Shown here one piece after another: positions 5,748 through 14,436 of a DNA stretch of 20,000 nt. The stretch's first letter is position 1, and every line of letters starts with the position of its first letter. The notes under the pieces are model-generated. The model saw only the letters and a list, made by a program, of their open reading frames with translations. It was not told the DNA's origin and did no database searches. The stretch is from an uncultured virus (IMG/VR IMGVR_UViG_2606217110_000013). Its lineage: Duplodnaviria; Heunggongvirae; Uroviricota; Caudoviricetes. Made by a program: the position numbers and the translations under genes. The stretch covers positions 57,548 through 77,547 of IMG/VR virus record IMGVR_UViG_2606217110_000013; one strand, given 5' to 3'.

Positions 5748-6524
5748 TTACCAACTTCCCCAGCTAATCATCTTGCGCTGATCGCTTTCTAAGCGATAGG
5801 GGACAAGAAGCTCTGTGACATGATTGGTGGCGTATGATTTAGCCTCTTGCTCTATCATCGGTAATTCGTTAGCAATCCTGACCATCTTCCCAGCAAACTC
5901 CGCCATTACGCCATCACATGCCTTCCCAGCATCAATAACGATATGCACCAGATCCAACTGGCTTTTGCACATGTCGCAAAGAGACGCATACTCACTCTCT
6001 CTGATTACATTTACGGCATCATTGGCCCCTTTATTAAGCAAGACTTCCAACAGGTTTGTCGGGGTAACGAAATCTGCTTTCAGAGATAATGTCTTTTCAC
6101 CACTTATCGAACGCAAGTACTCTTCGTAGTTATTCTTCATCAAACCGCTGCTGCGCATTGCTAGAACTGCTTCTTGAATGGCCGCTTCAATAGTTTCGTC
6201 GTTTGAAAGACAAAAAACGGTATTTGTGTAGATCACTCTGCCATCAAGCCATGCTCCAACCTGCACTTTAAGACTGAGCGGGTTTTCTTTGCTAATAAAA
6301 ACAACTAATGCAGAACGCCGTGCACAAGAAGGTTCGCCCCATACGTGTAACTCAACTTTCAGATAAGGCAACCCTGGTAGCGGGATCTCGTCCATACGAG
6401 CAGCGATATGATTCATTGCTGTATTGACGGCCTTTCCAATGATGTCTAGTCGACTGCCCTCGCTGATTTCTAAACCTGTTTTATCAATGATGTCACAGGC
6501 CAATTTCTGAATTTCGTCTTTCAT
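5748..6524 (-). CDS. Hypothetical protein (258 aa)
   Basis: Long ORF with AGGAG RBS; no motif recognised. Confidence 0.8.
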   Translation of the reverse strand: MKDEIQKLACDIIDKTGLEISEGSRLDIIGKAVNTAMNHIAARMDEIPLPGLPYLKVELHVWGEPSCARRSALVVFISKENPLSLKVQVGAWLDGRVIYTNTVFCLSNDETIEAAIQEAVLAMRSSGLMKNNYEEYLRSISGEKTLSLKADFVTPTNLLEVLLNKGANDAVNVIRESEYASLCDMCKSQLDLVHIVIDAGKACDGVMAEFAGKMVRIANELPMIEQEAKSYATNHVTELLVPYRLESDQRKMISWGSW

Positions 6525-6564
6525 ACCAACTCCTAGCTAACAGATGAAAGTATTCTTACAAAAA

Positions 6565-6586
6565 ACTAAGTATGTATCTACTTATC
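6565..6586. promoter_or_regulatory. 22-bp motif copy 4
   Basis: ACTAAGTATGTATCTACTTATC, 40 bp upstream of the 258-aa ORF. Confidence 0.6.
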
Positions 6587-6616
6587 ATTTTAGGCGCAAT
6601 AGTTCCCTATACGAAG

Positions 6617-6643
6617 ATGCCGGGCTTATAGTCTGCCCGGCAT
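6617..6643 (-). terminator. Terminator-like hairpin after the lipoprotein gene
   Basis: ATGCCGGGC-N9-GCCCGGCAT, 6 nt past the stop; U-tail weak. Confidence 0.6.
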
Positions 6644-6649
6644 TCACCA

Positions 6650-7064
6650 TTAATGAGCTACAGCCTCACTGTTGCACATCTTTCTGTAGACCTGCTTATA
6701 ACGCTGTAAGTCATGAGGATCATTAGGTGCCAACGACTTCGATAGGATTTTGTATACCACCCCTTTCGAAAACATGCCCTTTGGCTTCATTTCGAGTTCA
6801 ACAACATATGAGTGATAGCCCACGTATGCACCAAAGCCCATTTTTGGCGTTCAATTCTCCGCACACAAAGCCTGTCACACTCCCATCGTCATGATCAGTC
6901 CTGACAAACTTATCTTTCCTAAACATCACCGACGTGGGATCTTTCATATCATCCGCAATTGCTTGTTGGCCCAGAGCAATAGCCTTCTCGTCTGTAGGCT
7001 TACACCCCACTAAAGCAAACAAAGACAATAAAGCTCCTGTTAAAATCAGCTTATTTTTGCTCAT
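6650..7064 (-). pseudogene. Frameshifted phage lipoprotein (137 aa if repaired)
   Basis: Lipobox LVGC; removing one base from the CCC at 6837-6839 joins ORFs 6798..7064 and 6650..6841 into ...VCGELNAKNGFGAYVGY..., a recognisable CGxxNAKNxFGxYxG motif. Confidence 0.8.
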
Positions 7065-7297
7065 GTTGGCTTCCCTTTATTTATATTTATCGCAGGTATT
7101 AGTTAATCAAAACACGAGCAGTGCCACAATAATTAAATGGCGTACTATTTCTTATGGTTATTAGTTTCCTAGTAACTTTACCGACCATAAACTAAATCAA
7201 CAAAGCTGACATATTAACTAAATTTAAGTACCCTTTTTCGCACACTTGACGCTTGCCGCGTCTAAACTGTTCATCCTATATCAACAGAACAAAAAAT

Positions 7298-8443
7298 ATG
7301 AAATACATAAAATCTTCATCGTTGCTGGCATTAACTTTGCTTTTTAGCTCTGGATTCGTTAACGCAGACAATAAACAAACGCTGATAGAAGCCGCTACCG
7401 CAGGGGATACCGCAGCACAAAGTGAGTTAGGGACAAATTATTTTGATGGTATCAATGGTTTTGATAAGGATGTAGTTGAGGCCAAGAAGTGGATTGATCT
7501 CGCTGCAGAAAAGGGAGACAAAGTAGCATATTATGCACTTGGGGTTATGTACACATTTGGCGAGGGTGTAGATAAAGACCTAAATAAAGCTGTTGAGTAC
7601 TACAAACTTGCGGGGGATGCTCGTGAAGGTAGAGCCTACAACAATCTTGGTGCTATTTATCAAAAGGGGTTGCTTGGTAAAGTAGATCATGCACTCGCCA
7701 TTAAATACTTCAAACTAGCCTCTGATGCCGGGTATGTTAAAGCAACTTCAGTTCTTGGGGCGTATTACCAATATGGTAAAGGCGTTAAAAAGAATTATAA
7801 AAAGGCTTTTACTTATTACAAAAAGGCGGCAGACCAAGGCAGTTCAGAAGCTATGATAGGATTAGGAATACTATACGATGATGGGTTAGGCGTTAAACGC
7901 AATGATGCAGAAGCAGTTAAGTGGTATAAAAAGGCAGCGGAACTTGGAAACGCCGACGCCATAACCAATCTTGGCATTATGTATGAGAATGGGGAAGGTG
8001 TAAAAAAGGACTATAAAAAAGCAGCCGACCTTTATCAGACTGCTTGCGATAAAGGAGAAAAAAGAGGCTGCGATTACATTGCAGAACTGAAAGAAAGCGG
8101 CAAATATCGAGCGCCGGCTTCCAAAGCCAAAACAAAATCCGCCACCCAGCGACTTATTGCTAAATCCATTGATAAGGGCGTTAACGCTACATTTACCTGG
8201 CAGGGTGATGATGCTACCTTCACCGCTAATGATGGCAAAGTTGACTGCACATTCCTGAAGGATTTTTCAGAGAAAGGAGGCAATCTGGCTACCTCGTTTG
8301 TTTGCACAGATAACGTTCAAATCATCCTGAAGCAATTCAGAGATACCAAAAATGCCTACCTCGCGGTAATGACTGACAACTTCAATACTGAAGTTAAATC
8401 ATTTTCGGTCAATGTGTATGTGACTAATACTGGTTCAAACTAA
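7298..8443 (+). CDS. Exported Sel1-like repeat protein (381 aa) with unique C-terminal domain
   Basis: Signal peptide MKYIKSSSLLALTLLFSSGFVNA; about six to seven SLR units (LGxMYxxGxGVxKDxxKAxxxYxxAAxxG); ATG 7298 preferred over TTG 7253. Confidence 0.9.
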   Translation: MKYIKSSSLLALTLLFSSGFVNADNKQTLIEAATAGDTAAQSELGTNYFDGINGFDKDVVEAKKWIDLAAEKGDKVAYYALGVMYTFGEGVDKDLNKAVEYYKLAGDAREGRAYNNLGAIYQKGLLGKVDHALAIKYFKLASDAGYVKATSVLGAYYQYGKGVKKNYKKAFTYYKKAADQGSSEAMIGLGILYDDGLGVKRNDAEAVKWYKKAAELGNADAITNLGIMYENGEGVKKDYKKAADLYQTACDKGEKRGCDYIAELKESGKYRAPASKAKTKSATQRLIAKSIDKGVNATFTWQGDDATFTANDGKVDCTFLKDFSEKGGNLATSFVCTDNVQIILKQFRDTKNAYLAVMTDNFNTEVKSFSVNVYVTNTGSN

Positions 8444-9550
8444 TGCAGCTATGCCTTTTACCTTGCTTAAAAGTTCAAGCTGTCGTGAGTAAGGTTTTGC
8501 GCAATAGTAGGCTTTGATAATCTGCCCCGGGGTCGCATCGCCGGGGTCGAGTCCTTCCTCGCCCAAACATGCAATTTTCACATTAAGACCAATACTGCTC
8601 AGTCGCCTGGCTGCGGCCATAGTGTTGCGTATAGCCTGCTTTTCACTATCCCACATCATAATCACATTACGTAGCCCACGCGCCTTGAGCGTCAGGAACG
8701 CGCCCAGCTGATCTTCTGCATCCTGAGTGGTGTTACCAGATAGATGCATCCCGAACGTTCCTATTGGTTCCACGTAATCACGTAATGTTTCTTCGTCAAA
8801 AATAGCTCGTTTGACCCCCATAACATCGAACGCCCCCTCACAGACAACTACAGTCTGTTTGCCGACTGCATTATGGCCGTTGTAGAGAAACCTACCTGAA
8901 GCTGGAAGCTGCATAGGAAAGAGGTAGCGACGTTCTGCTGCACCGGTAATGTCACGCCCCTGGAAGGTCTTCATCACGCCATCCAGATCGTAAACCGGTA
9001 TCAGGATGCGCATATCAAACACCTGCCCTTTGACCTGGTCTGTGTACGGATCGACGTATGCGTGCTTGCCTTCGACGCAGTAACGCAGATCAAAGTATTT
9101 GGCCAGATCCGGGGAGATATGGCGCTCCACCAGATAATCAGGAAGACGACCGTCAATGGGGAGTTCGTAATGTCGAGGGAGAGCTACTGGCCCTTCGAGT
9201 TCAACCTTGCTGGCCAGCACGACCTCTTCCTTCTTCGGCGCCCATCCTTGTGAGATCAGCGCGTTCTGCACATATTCCTCGAACTGTCGTCGTGATTTAC
9301 CGCTGTAGTGCTTGAGGAAGACCAGCTTATTGAACTGAATCTCTTCGGGATGATCACCAGCAAAGCATTTGCCGACGCCACTGGTCAGATTGAAATATAC
9401 CTTCCAGTTGGAGCTGCCACATACCGGACACTCCTTGATATTCACTTCACGACCGCGAGCACTCACGCCTCCACGTCGATAAACGATACCTTCAGTGTCC
9501 AACCATTGTTCAAAATCTAATTCGGTAATTAGCTCTTTCAGCTCGCTCAC
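8435..9550 (-). CDS. DNA primase (zinc-binding domain plus TOPRIM), likely GTG start at 9550
   Basis: CPVC...CFAGDH zinc ligands, FQGR, VCEGAFD, WDSE, LDPGD TOPRIM motifs; follows the helicase. The ORF extension to 9688 runs through regulatory hairpins. Confidence 0.88.
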   Translation of the reverse strand: MSELKELITELDFEQWLDTEGIVYRRGGVSARGREVNIKECPVCGSSNWKVYFNLTSGVGKCFAGDHPEEIQFNKLVFLKHYSGKSRRQFEEYVQNALISQGWAPKKEEVVLASKVELEGPVALPRHYELPIDGRLPDYLVERHISPDLAKYFDLRYCVEGKHAYVDPYTDQVKGQVFDMRILIPVYDLDGVMKTFQGRDITGAAERRYLFPMQLPASGRFLYNGHNAVGKQTVVVCEGAFDVMGVKRAIFDEETLRDYVEPIGTFGMHLSGNTTQDAEDQLGAFLTLKARGLRNVIMMWDSEKQAIRNTMAAARRLSSIGLNVKIACLGEEGLDPGDATPGQIIKAYYCAKPYSRQLELLSKVKGIAALV

Positions 9551-9576
9551 GATAATTCCACTTTTAATAGGCAATA

Positions 9577-9604
9577 TTGTGACCAACCTAAATGTTGATA
9601 TAAT
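9577..9604 (+). promoter_or_regulatory. Antisense sigma70 promoter in helicase-primase spacer
   Basis: TTGTGA (9577-9582), 16 bp, perfect extended -10 TG-A-TATAAT (9596-9604). Confidence 0.7.
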
Positions 9605-9610
9605 ATAAAG

Positions 9611-9699
9611 GTTCATGTGTTTTTCTTTTGTGGTTTGGCAAAAGAAAAGTTGTTTCACCAATGAATCAAGCGTGGAGGTGTTCTCCACGCTTATTTTTT
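9611..9699 (+). ncRNA. Putative counter-transcribed antisense RNA (~90 nt)
   Basis: Bounded by the promoter above and a plus-strand terminator; internal hairpin TTTTCTTTTG-TGGTTTGG-CAAAAGAAAA. Confidence 0.6.
9668..9699 (+). terminator. Intrinsic terminator oriented against the replication operon
   Basis: AAGCGTGGAG-GTGTT-CTCCACGCTT followed by ATTTTTT on plus only. Confidence 0.8.
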
Positions 9700-11038
9700 A
9701 GGTAACGTCTAAGATTCGCTCAATGAAGCGCATTTGTTCGAGGTTTTGTTTAACGCGAATGCTGATCCCTCCCTGCTGGTTACGAGAACCAGCAAAGTAG
9801 AGACGAGCCTCTCCTTTCGCTTCTTCTTCTTCGGTTTTGTTGATCGTTATTACCAGGTCAGCAATACGTACTTTTTCGATGTTGTCGGCGGCGTGCATCA
9901 TTGTGGCAACTTCTGACGCGCCACCTTCACGGTTTGTCTGCGATGCCGTGATCCCAGCAACGTTATGCTTGTCATAAAGAGCACGTAAATCGGTGTAGAT
10001 ACTACGAATGTTAGCGCGATCATCACGAAGGTCATAACTGGCACGCATCAAATCTGCGTAGTCGACAACAACCATATCAGGCACCATGCCATTGGCTTTC
10101 ATGCTGTTAAGCATACGGTCCAGATCTGCCGGTGACATACTTCCTGACGGACGCTCAACAACCCACAAACTACCAATCCCCTTCGTGGCTCCCAACTCTG
10201 CCAACTTACGATGAACCTCATCGCGCCGTTCAACCAGCTTGGACATTTCCGTCTCCGACAATCTTGCATCAAAACGGTCGGATAAAATGGTGGTGTGAAC
10301 CTCCAGCGAGAGATACAGAACATTGTAGCCAGCAAGCGTTGCGTTTATGGAAAACTCACCCATTGCGGTCGATTTACCGGATTTAGCGAACCCCATGAAG
10401 AGCACCATTTCACGCTTCGCCCAGCCTTTTTGGTACAGCAACCTATCGAGCAGAGGGAGTCCAGTTGTAATGCTGTTTGGCACATACTCCTCTGAAGCCT
10501 CATATTCACGCGCTTTCAATCGCTCACTTGCGGAGGTGTAGTAGTCATAGATTCCGGTCGCTTCGTTCGATCCAATCTGCTGAACCTTGGCCATGATTGC
10601 CATCGCCCCCTGAAAGTCGCCCTTCTCTTTCAGTTCAGCAGCCTTAATCAGAGCATCATCAAACGCTACGCTTTTTGCGAAGGTTGATACCTGGTCAACC
10701 ATGTACGAGGTATCGGACAATTTTTCTGCAAGGATGCGCTTAAACGCAGCAACAACATCGGCGAATAGTTCCTCACGGATGGTCTTATCGCGTTTAGCAC
10801 GTTTAAGCATATCCAGAATCGCAGATGAAGAAGGCGCGCTCTTGTACATACGGTAATAGCCCGAAACCATATTAACCAATATGGCATTGGCCGCATTGGC
10901 AAATTGGCTAGGCACAACCAGATCTCCCGCACGAGTAAGAAACTCGTGATCACGACAAAAATATGCCGTCAGTCTGTTCTGGAAATCTTCATCAAACTCT
11001 TCGGACAGCCCGCGTCCTGTATGGCAAAGTTCGGTCAT
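9698..11038 (-). CDS. dnaB: DnaB-like (SF4) replicative helicase
   Basis: H1 GFAKSGKS, H1a YLSLE, H2 VVVDYADL, H3 TASQTNR, H4 ADLVITI; AAGGA RBS. Confidence 0.92.
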   Translation of the reverse strand: MTELCHTGRGLSEEFDEDFQNRLTAYFCRDHEFLTRAGDLVVPSQFANAANAILVNMVSGYYRMYKSAPSSSAILDMLKRAKRDKTIREELFADVVAAFKRILAEKLSDTSYMVDQVSTFAKSVAFDDALIKAAELKEKGDFQGAMAIMAKVQQIGSNEATGIYDYYTSASERLKAREYEASEEYVPNSITTGLPLLDRLLYQKGWAKREMVLFMGFAKSGKSTAMGEFSINATLAGYNVLYLSLEVHTTILSDRFDARLSETEMSKLVERRDEVHRKLAELGATKGIGSLWVVERPSGSMSPADLDRMLNSMKANGMVPDMVVVDYADLMRASYDLRDDRANIRSIYTDLRALYDKHNVAGITASQTNREGGASEVATMMHAADNIEKVRIADLVITINKTEEEEAKGEARLYFAGSRNQQGGISIRVKQNLEQMRFIERILDVT

Positions 11039-11081
11039 GTGCTTTCCTTTGTTTTTTAAACAAATTGTTTTCTAGTATTAG

Positions 11082-11822
11082 TTAATTAGATAGGGGATCA
11101 ATAAACCGCCGTGCTTCTTCCAGTTCTTCTGGAAAGTGGGCGGAAATAAGGCGCTCTGGAACGATTTCCATTAGCCAGATAGCGGAGAAAATTGCGCGTA
11201 TGCGCTTGCTGCGAGGGATGGTGCGCAAACGCTCCAGAATCCACTCAAAATAGCTTTCCTGAATCGGGTTGAACTGCATGTCTCCCATATGCTTAAAGCT
11301 AACAAGAGAGTCATCCAGACGGGTTGTTGCGCGTCTGGCTAATTTCTCTTCAAATATCTCAATCAGTTCTGGCTGCCACAAATGCTGTGGGCGCGGCAGC
11401 TTGTCCCACAGCCGTCGTGCAGCTGCGGAAAGAACGGTGGAGATAAAGTAGTCGTATGAGCAGCAATAGCGATCCGCAAACTGGCGTGCTTTCCATAGCG
11501 ACGTTTTATTGGCAGTCGACAACTCCTGATAAGGCAGGCGTTTTAACCCGGTGGTGAACGGAGCTGTTTCAAAGTGTTCGCGACCGTGCGTCAGCATGAT
11601 ATTTGAGTACTGACGTTTGTATGCCTCCGTAAAAAGGCAGGTGGCCATGAGAGGATGCATGTCGCGGTAATCAAACCACTTCGTCTCGAAGAGTTCAGCC
11701 TCGTCTTTGCAGCGCGACAAACCAATGTTTTCAGCAACCCACTTGTCCATAACAGCGGTATTCCACTCTGTCATGAAGTCGTACTGGTTGTTGTCGATGG
11801 TATCGAAAAAGATTTGGCTCAT
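11082..11822 (-). CDS. Hypothetical protein (246 aa), first gene of the replication operon; possible helicase loader or initiator
   Basis: Long ORF; AGGTGA RBS before ATG 11822; function inferred from position only. Confidence 0.8.
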   Translation of the reverse strand: MSQIFFDTIDNNQYDFMTEWNTAVMDKWVAENIGLSRCKDEAELFETKWFDYRDMHPLMATCLFTEAYKRQYSNIMLTHGREHFETAPFTTGLKRLPYQELSTANKTSLWKARQFADRYCCSYDYFISTVLSAAARRLWDKLPRPQHLWQPELIEIFEEKLARRATTRLDDSLVSFKHMGDMQFNPIQESYFEWILERLRTIPRSKRIRAIFSAIWLMEIVPERLISAHFPEELEEARRFIDPLSN

Positions 11823-11833
11823 GTGGCTCACCT

Positions 11834-11855
11834 GGTAGGTAGTTACTTACTTATC
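11834..11855. promoter_or_regulatory. 22-bp motif copy 5, just downstream of putative promoter TTCCAA-17-TATCAT (minus)
   Basis: GGTAGGTAGTTACTTACTTATC between promoter and RBS. Confidence 0.6.
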
Positions 11856-11936
11856 ACAATGAGCGGATGATAGCGACTGGTGGCAGTTTTTGGAAGTGGA
11901 AACAGAAGGGAGTTGTTCTGGTGGGTGTCTTTAAAA

Positions 11937-11991
11937 GACCTGCTTCCGTATATATATATACTAAGATACTTATTATATACGGAAGCAGGTC
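11937..11991. repeat. Perfect 18-bp inverted repeat with AT-rich 19-bp spacer
   Basis: GACCTGCTTCCGTATATA (11937-11954) / TATATACGGAAGCAGGTC (11974-11991). Confidence 0.9.
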
Positions 11992-12013
11992 ATAATTGTT
12001 GATACTACCAATA

Positions 12014-12769
12014 CTAGTATCCAAGAAAATCAGTATCTTTCTCTAATCTTATTTTTTCCAGCTTATACGATCCTGGAGGGCACTTCATTTTGTAGATTTC
12101 GATACCTGAATCAAATAGTTGATGAACATAATTTTGAAGTTGACTGCTAGCCTTACAACCTATTGTTATTTCCTTAATTAAGGATTTATCAAATAATTTC
12201 ACGCCACAATTCTCGGTTACGATTCTAACCTCCTCTTCATATTCCCAGACATCGCTTTTATTTAGGCAAAGAGCCGCTGCAATCTCTTTAGCTGAGTCGG
12301 TAAAAAAATTTACAACCGGAACATCAGAGGAATATTTGACCTCACCGCGAACAAAAAAAACATCATCAAACGCATTTATAAAACCATCATCAAATCCGAT
12401 GCAAAAACCAGAGTGAGAATGCGCATAATGCGACCACATAAGATAATTATCTGGTCTTTTTGTCAAACAAATAACTCCCCGACACTGCAGAAAAGTTGTT
12501 CTAATCATATAGTTATCAAAACTGCGACTATGTTCTGTTTGACTCAATAACCAGCGTTCAAATTCATCATTGTGATGATTAGGCCAAAGCTCAAAAAATC
12601 TTTTCTTAATGGCGTCTATATCAGCATCATAATCAAAATTAACTTTAAACTCGGCAGGATCGTTGAAATCATTCGGACGAGTTGCTCGAATTTTCCCATC
12701 TTCTAAGTAATACTTTAAATACTTTATTGTGTCTTCCGGGACGCTACTTCCAACATATTTGTAAAGCAT
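12014..12769 (-). CDS. DUF2971-family protein (251 aa), AT-rich accessory gene
   Basis: LYKY, FNDPAE, CLT, MWSHYA, GFCIGF, KSDVWEYEEEVR signature motifs; ATG 12769 with AAGG RBS. Confidence 0.85.
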   Translation of the reverse strand: MLYKYVGSSVPEDTIKYLKYYLEDGKIRATRPNDFNDPAEFKVNFDYDADIDAIKKRFFELWPNHHNDEFERWLLSQTEHSRSFDNYMIRTTFLQCRGVICLTKRPDNYLMWSHYAHSHSGFCIGFDDGFINAFDDVFFVRGEVKYSSDVPVVNFFTDSAKEIAAALCLNKSDVWEYEEEVRIVTENCGVKLFDKSLIKEITIGCKASSQLQNYVHQLFDSGIEIYKMKCPPGSYKLEKIRLEKDTDFLGY

Positions 12770-12781
12770 AAATATACCTTT

Positions 12782-12813
12782 TAAGAGAAGGCGTCTAATC
12801 ACGCCTTCTCTTA
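12782..12813 (-). terminator. 13-bp hairpin immediately after the par operon stop
   Basis: TAAGAGAAGGCGT-N6-ACGCCTTCTCTTA; no strong U-tail. Confidence 0.55.
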
Positions 12814-13173
12814 TCAACCTTTCTTCATCAACTCTCGTTTAATTTCATCGGTACGCATCGTGACATCGGCAGCTGTGATTGCCTCGTTAAGTTTCACGAT
12901 GTCCTCGATTTCCTGCGGTGACTTCTCTGCCAGATGGAAAATGGCTGCGCGAATCACGTCAGAACGGGTGAATTTCTCGAAGCGAGGGATGAACTTCATC
13001 ATCTCCAGCAGTTCGAAGTATTCGTCCTCCAGTGACATTGTGCGGCTTTTAATTTTCTCTTTGCCACGAGTCGGGCGTCCCTGTGGTCTGACTGGTTGGC
13101 GCAAAGGAGTTGTGTTCTTAGCCGGTGCATCAGGCTCTTTGCGCTTTGCTAGGTCACCCATTTTCATGGACAT
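12814..13173 (-). CDS. Type Ib partition centromere-binding protein (ParG/ParB-like, ribbon-helix-helix)
   Basis: Low-complexity N-terminus then SRTMSL strand and TRSDVIRAAI helix; coupled to parA by TAATG. Confidence 0.7.
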   Translation of the reverse strand: MSMKMGDLAKRKEPDAPAKNTTPLRQPVRPQGRPTRGKEKIKSRTMSLEDEYFELLEMMKFIPRFEKFTRSDVIRAAIFHLAEKSPQEIEDIVKLNEAITAADVTMRTDEIKRELMKKG

Positions 13174-13841
13174 TATTCTTCTTCCTCCAGACTCAACAGA
13201 TAATCTACAAATTCTTCAAACTCGGCTTCCGCCTTTTTGTCGCGCTCGCTACCGGTCATTTCAAAGATAGAACGACCAGACTCTTCCGCATCATCATAGA
13301 CGTTGCGGTTATATAGATTGACTGGCGCAGACTCGATTCCAAACGTCTCAACAATCTCTTTAGCCGCCAGAATGCGAGACACTTGTGATGGCAAAGCCGG
13401 GCACTGGTTCATGACCGCGCGGACCTTCACTTTATCGTTTACATTGCGAACATTGTCGATAATAGGATCGATGTCACGCAGAGATTTCAAATCACGACGC
13501 TTAGGACGAAGCGGGATAATGATAACGTCGGCCATCAGCATCGCTTGTCGCTGAATTTCGGAGTCGAAGCCACCAGCATCTACCACTACAAACTCAGCTC
13601 TACCCTGAAGCGATTTTAGGTGCTTAATGATGTCATCCTGAACGTATGCAAAAGGAATCAGCTCAAGGTCTTCGTTCTGTCGACGGTCTTCACACCAGCT
13701 CGTTGTCGTGCGCTGAATATCTATATCGGTAATATAAACCTTCTTCTTCTTTTTGACTTTCAGGCAAACGGCAATTTGCTGGGCAACGGTGGATTTGCCA
13801 GGCCCGCCCTTTGTGCCGCCAACCACAAAGATCTTGGTCAT
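13173..13841 (-). CDS. parA: ParA-family partition ATPase (short, type Ib)
   Basis: Deviant Walker A KGGPGKST, A' DIDIQ, Walker B VVVDAGG; 222 aa without N-terminal HTH. Confidence 0.93.
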   Translation of the reverse strand: MTKIFVVGGTKGGPGKSTVAQQIAVCLKVKKKKKVYITDIDIQRTTTSWCEDRRQNEDLELIPFAYVQDDIIKHLKSLQGRAEFVVVDAGGFDSEIQRQAMLMADVIIIPLRPKRRDLKSLRDIDPIIDNVRNVNDKVKVRAVMNQCPALPSQVSRILAAKEIVETFGIESAPVNLYNRNVYDDAEESGRSIFEMTGSERDKKAEAEFEEFVDYLLSLEEEE

Positions 13842-13904
13842 TGGAGAGTTCCCTTTGCGTATATAATTATCGTCTGAAACAACTTGTTTTCTTATATGTG
13901 ATAT

Positions 13905-13933
13905 AGCCTAAATGCCTACGGCTGCGGTGTAAA
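13905..13933 (-). promoter_or_regulatory. Putative parA promoter
   Basis: Minus TTTACA, 17 bp, TAGGCT. Confidence 0.55.
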
Positions 13934-13987
13934 GGTTAAATGGTAGGTTGTGATTAACAATTGGCAAACATAGCTTGTATTTGTCTG

Positions 13988-14039
13988 TTGAAAAAAGTAA
14001 CAATGACCTCTATATTACAAGTACGGTGATATGCCGTAC
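13988..14039 (+). promoter_or_regulatory. Toxin-antitoxin promoter and operator
   Basis: TTGAAA (13988-13993), 17 bp, TATATT (14011-14016); palindrome GTACGG-N7-CCGTAC (14021-14039) over +1, as expected for RHH antitoxin autorepression. Confidence 0.75.
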
Positions 14040-14159
14040 ACAATTTGATAATGCACACGTAATGGGCTATAGCCTTTTAAAGTAATTTTTGAGTCGAAAA
14101 CTCAGTTTGAACAGAGGAGATTGATGGCCTTCCTACATCACGGCCATCAGGAGGAATAC

Positions 14160-14429
14160 ATGTCAGCACTAAAAAAGCAGCGCATCGATTTGAGATTAAC
14201 CGATGACGATAAAAGCATCATCGAGGAAGCTGCCGCAATGTCTAACCAGAGCATTACTCAGTTTATGGTTAGCAGTGCATCTGAACGTGCCGTGAAAGTT
14301 ATAGAGCAACACCGTAGACTAGTTCTGAATGAAGAATCCTGGAATCTGGTTATGGACGCTATAAGCAATCCTCCGGCACCGAACGACAAGCTGAAACGAG
14401 CTGCTGATCGTCTGAAAAGCATGGAGTAG
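14160..14429 (+). CDS. ataR: DUF1778 RHH antitoxin, AtaR/KacA-like (89 aa)
   Basis: MSALKKQRIDLRLTDDDKSIIEEAAA...NPPAPNDKLKRA; GGAGG RBS before ATG 14160. Confidence 0.92.
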   Translation: MSALKKQRIDLRLTDDDKSIIEEAAAMSNQSITQFMVSSASERAVKVIEQHRRLVLNEESWNLVMDAISNPPAPNDKLKRAADRLKSME

Positions 14430-14436
14430 TTTACTC

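Noticed and set aside
3818..6129. Plus-strand ORFs opposite the ligase operon, including 4639..5298 (219 aa), 5295..5579 and 5824..6129
   Set aside because: Antisense shadows of well-supported genes; Ser-rich, no RBS or motifs.
9551..9688. 46-aa N-terminal extension of primase in the ORF track
   Set aside because: Runs through the terminator, hairpin and antisense promoter; GTG 9550 gives a compact zinc-domain start.
12770..12817. 16-aa extension of DUF2971 (start 12817)
   Set aside because: Spans the hairpin; the family begins at LYKY and ATG 12769 has an RBS.
13842..13987. parS iterons upstream of parA
   Set aside because: No convincing repeated motif visible by eye.
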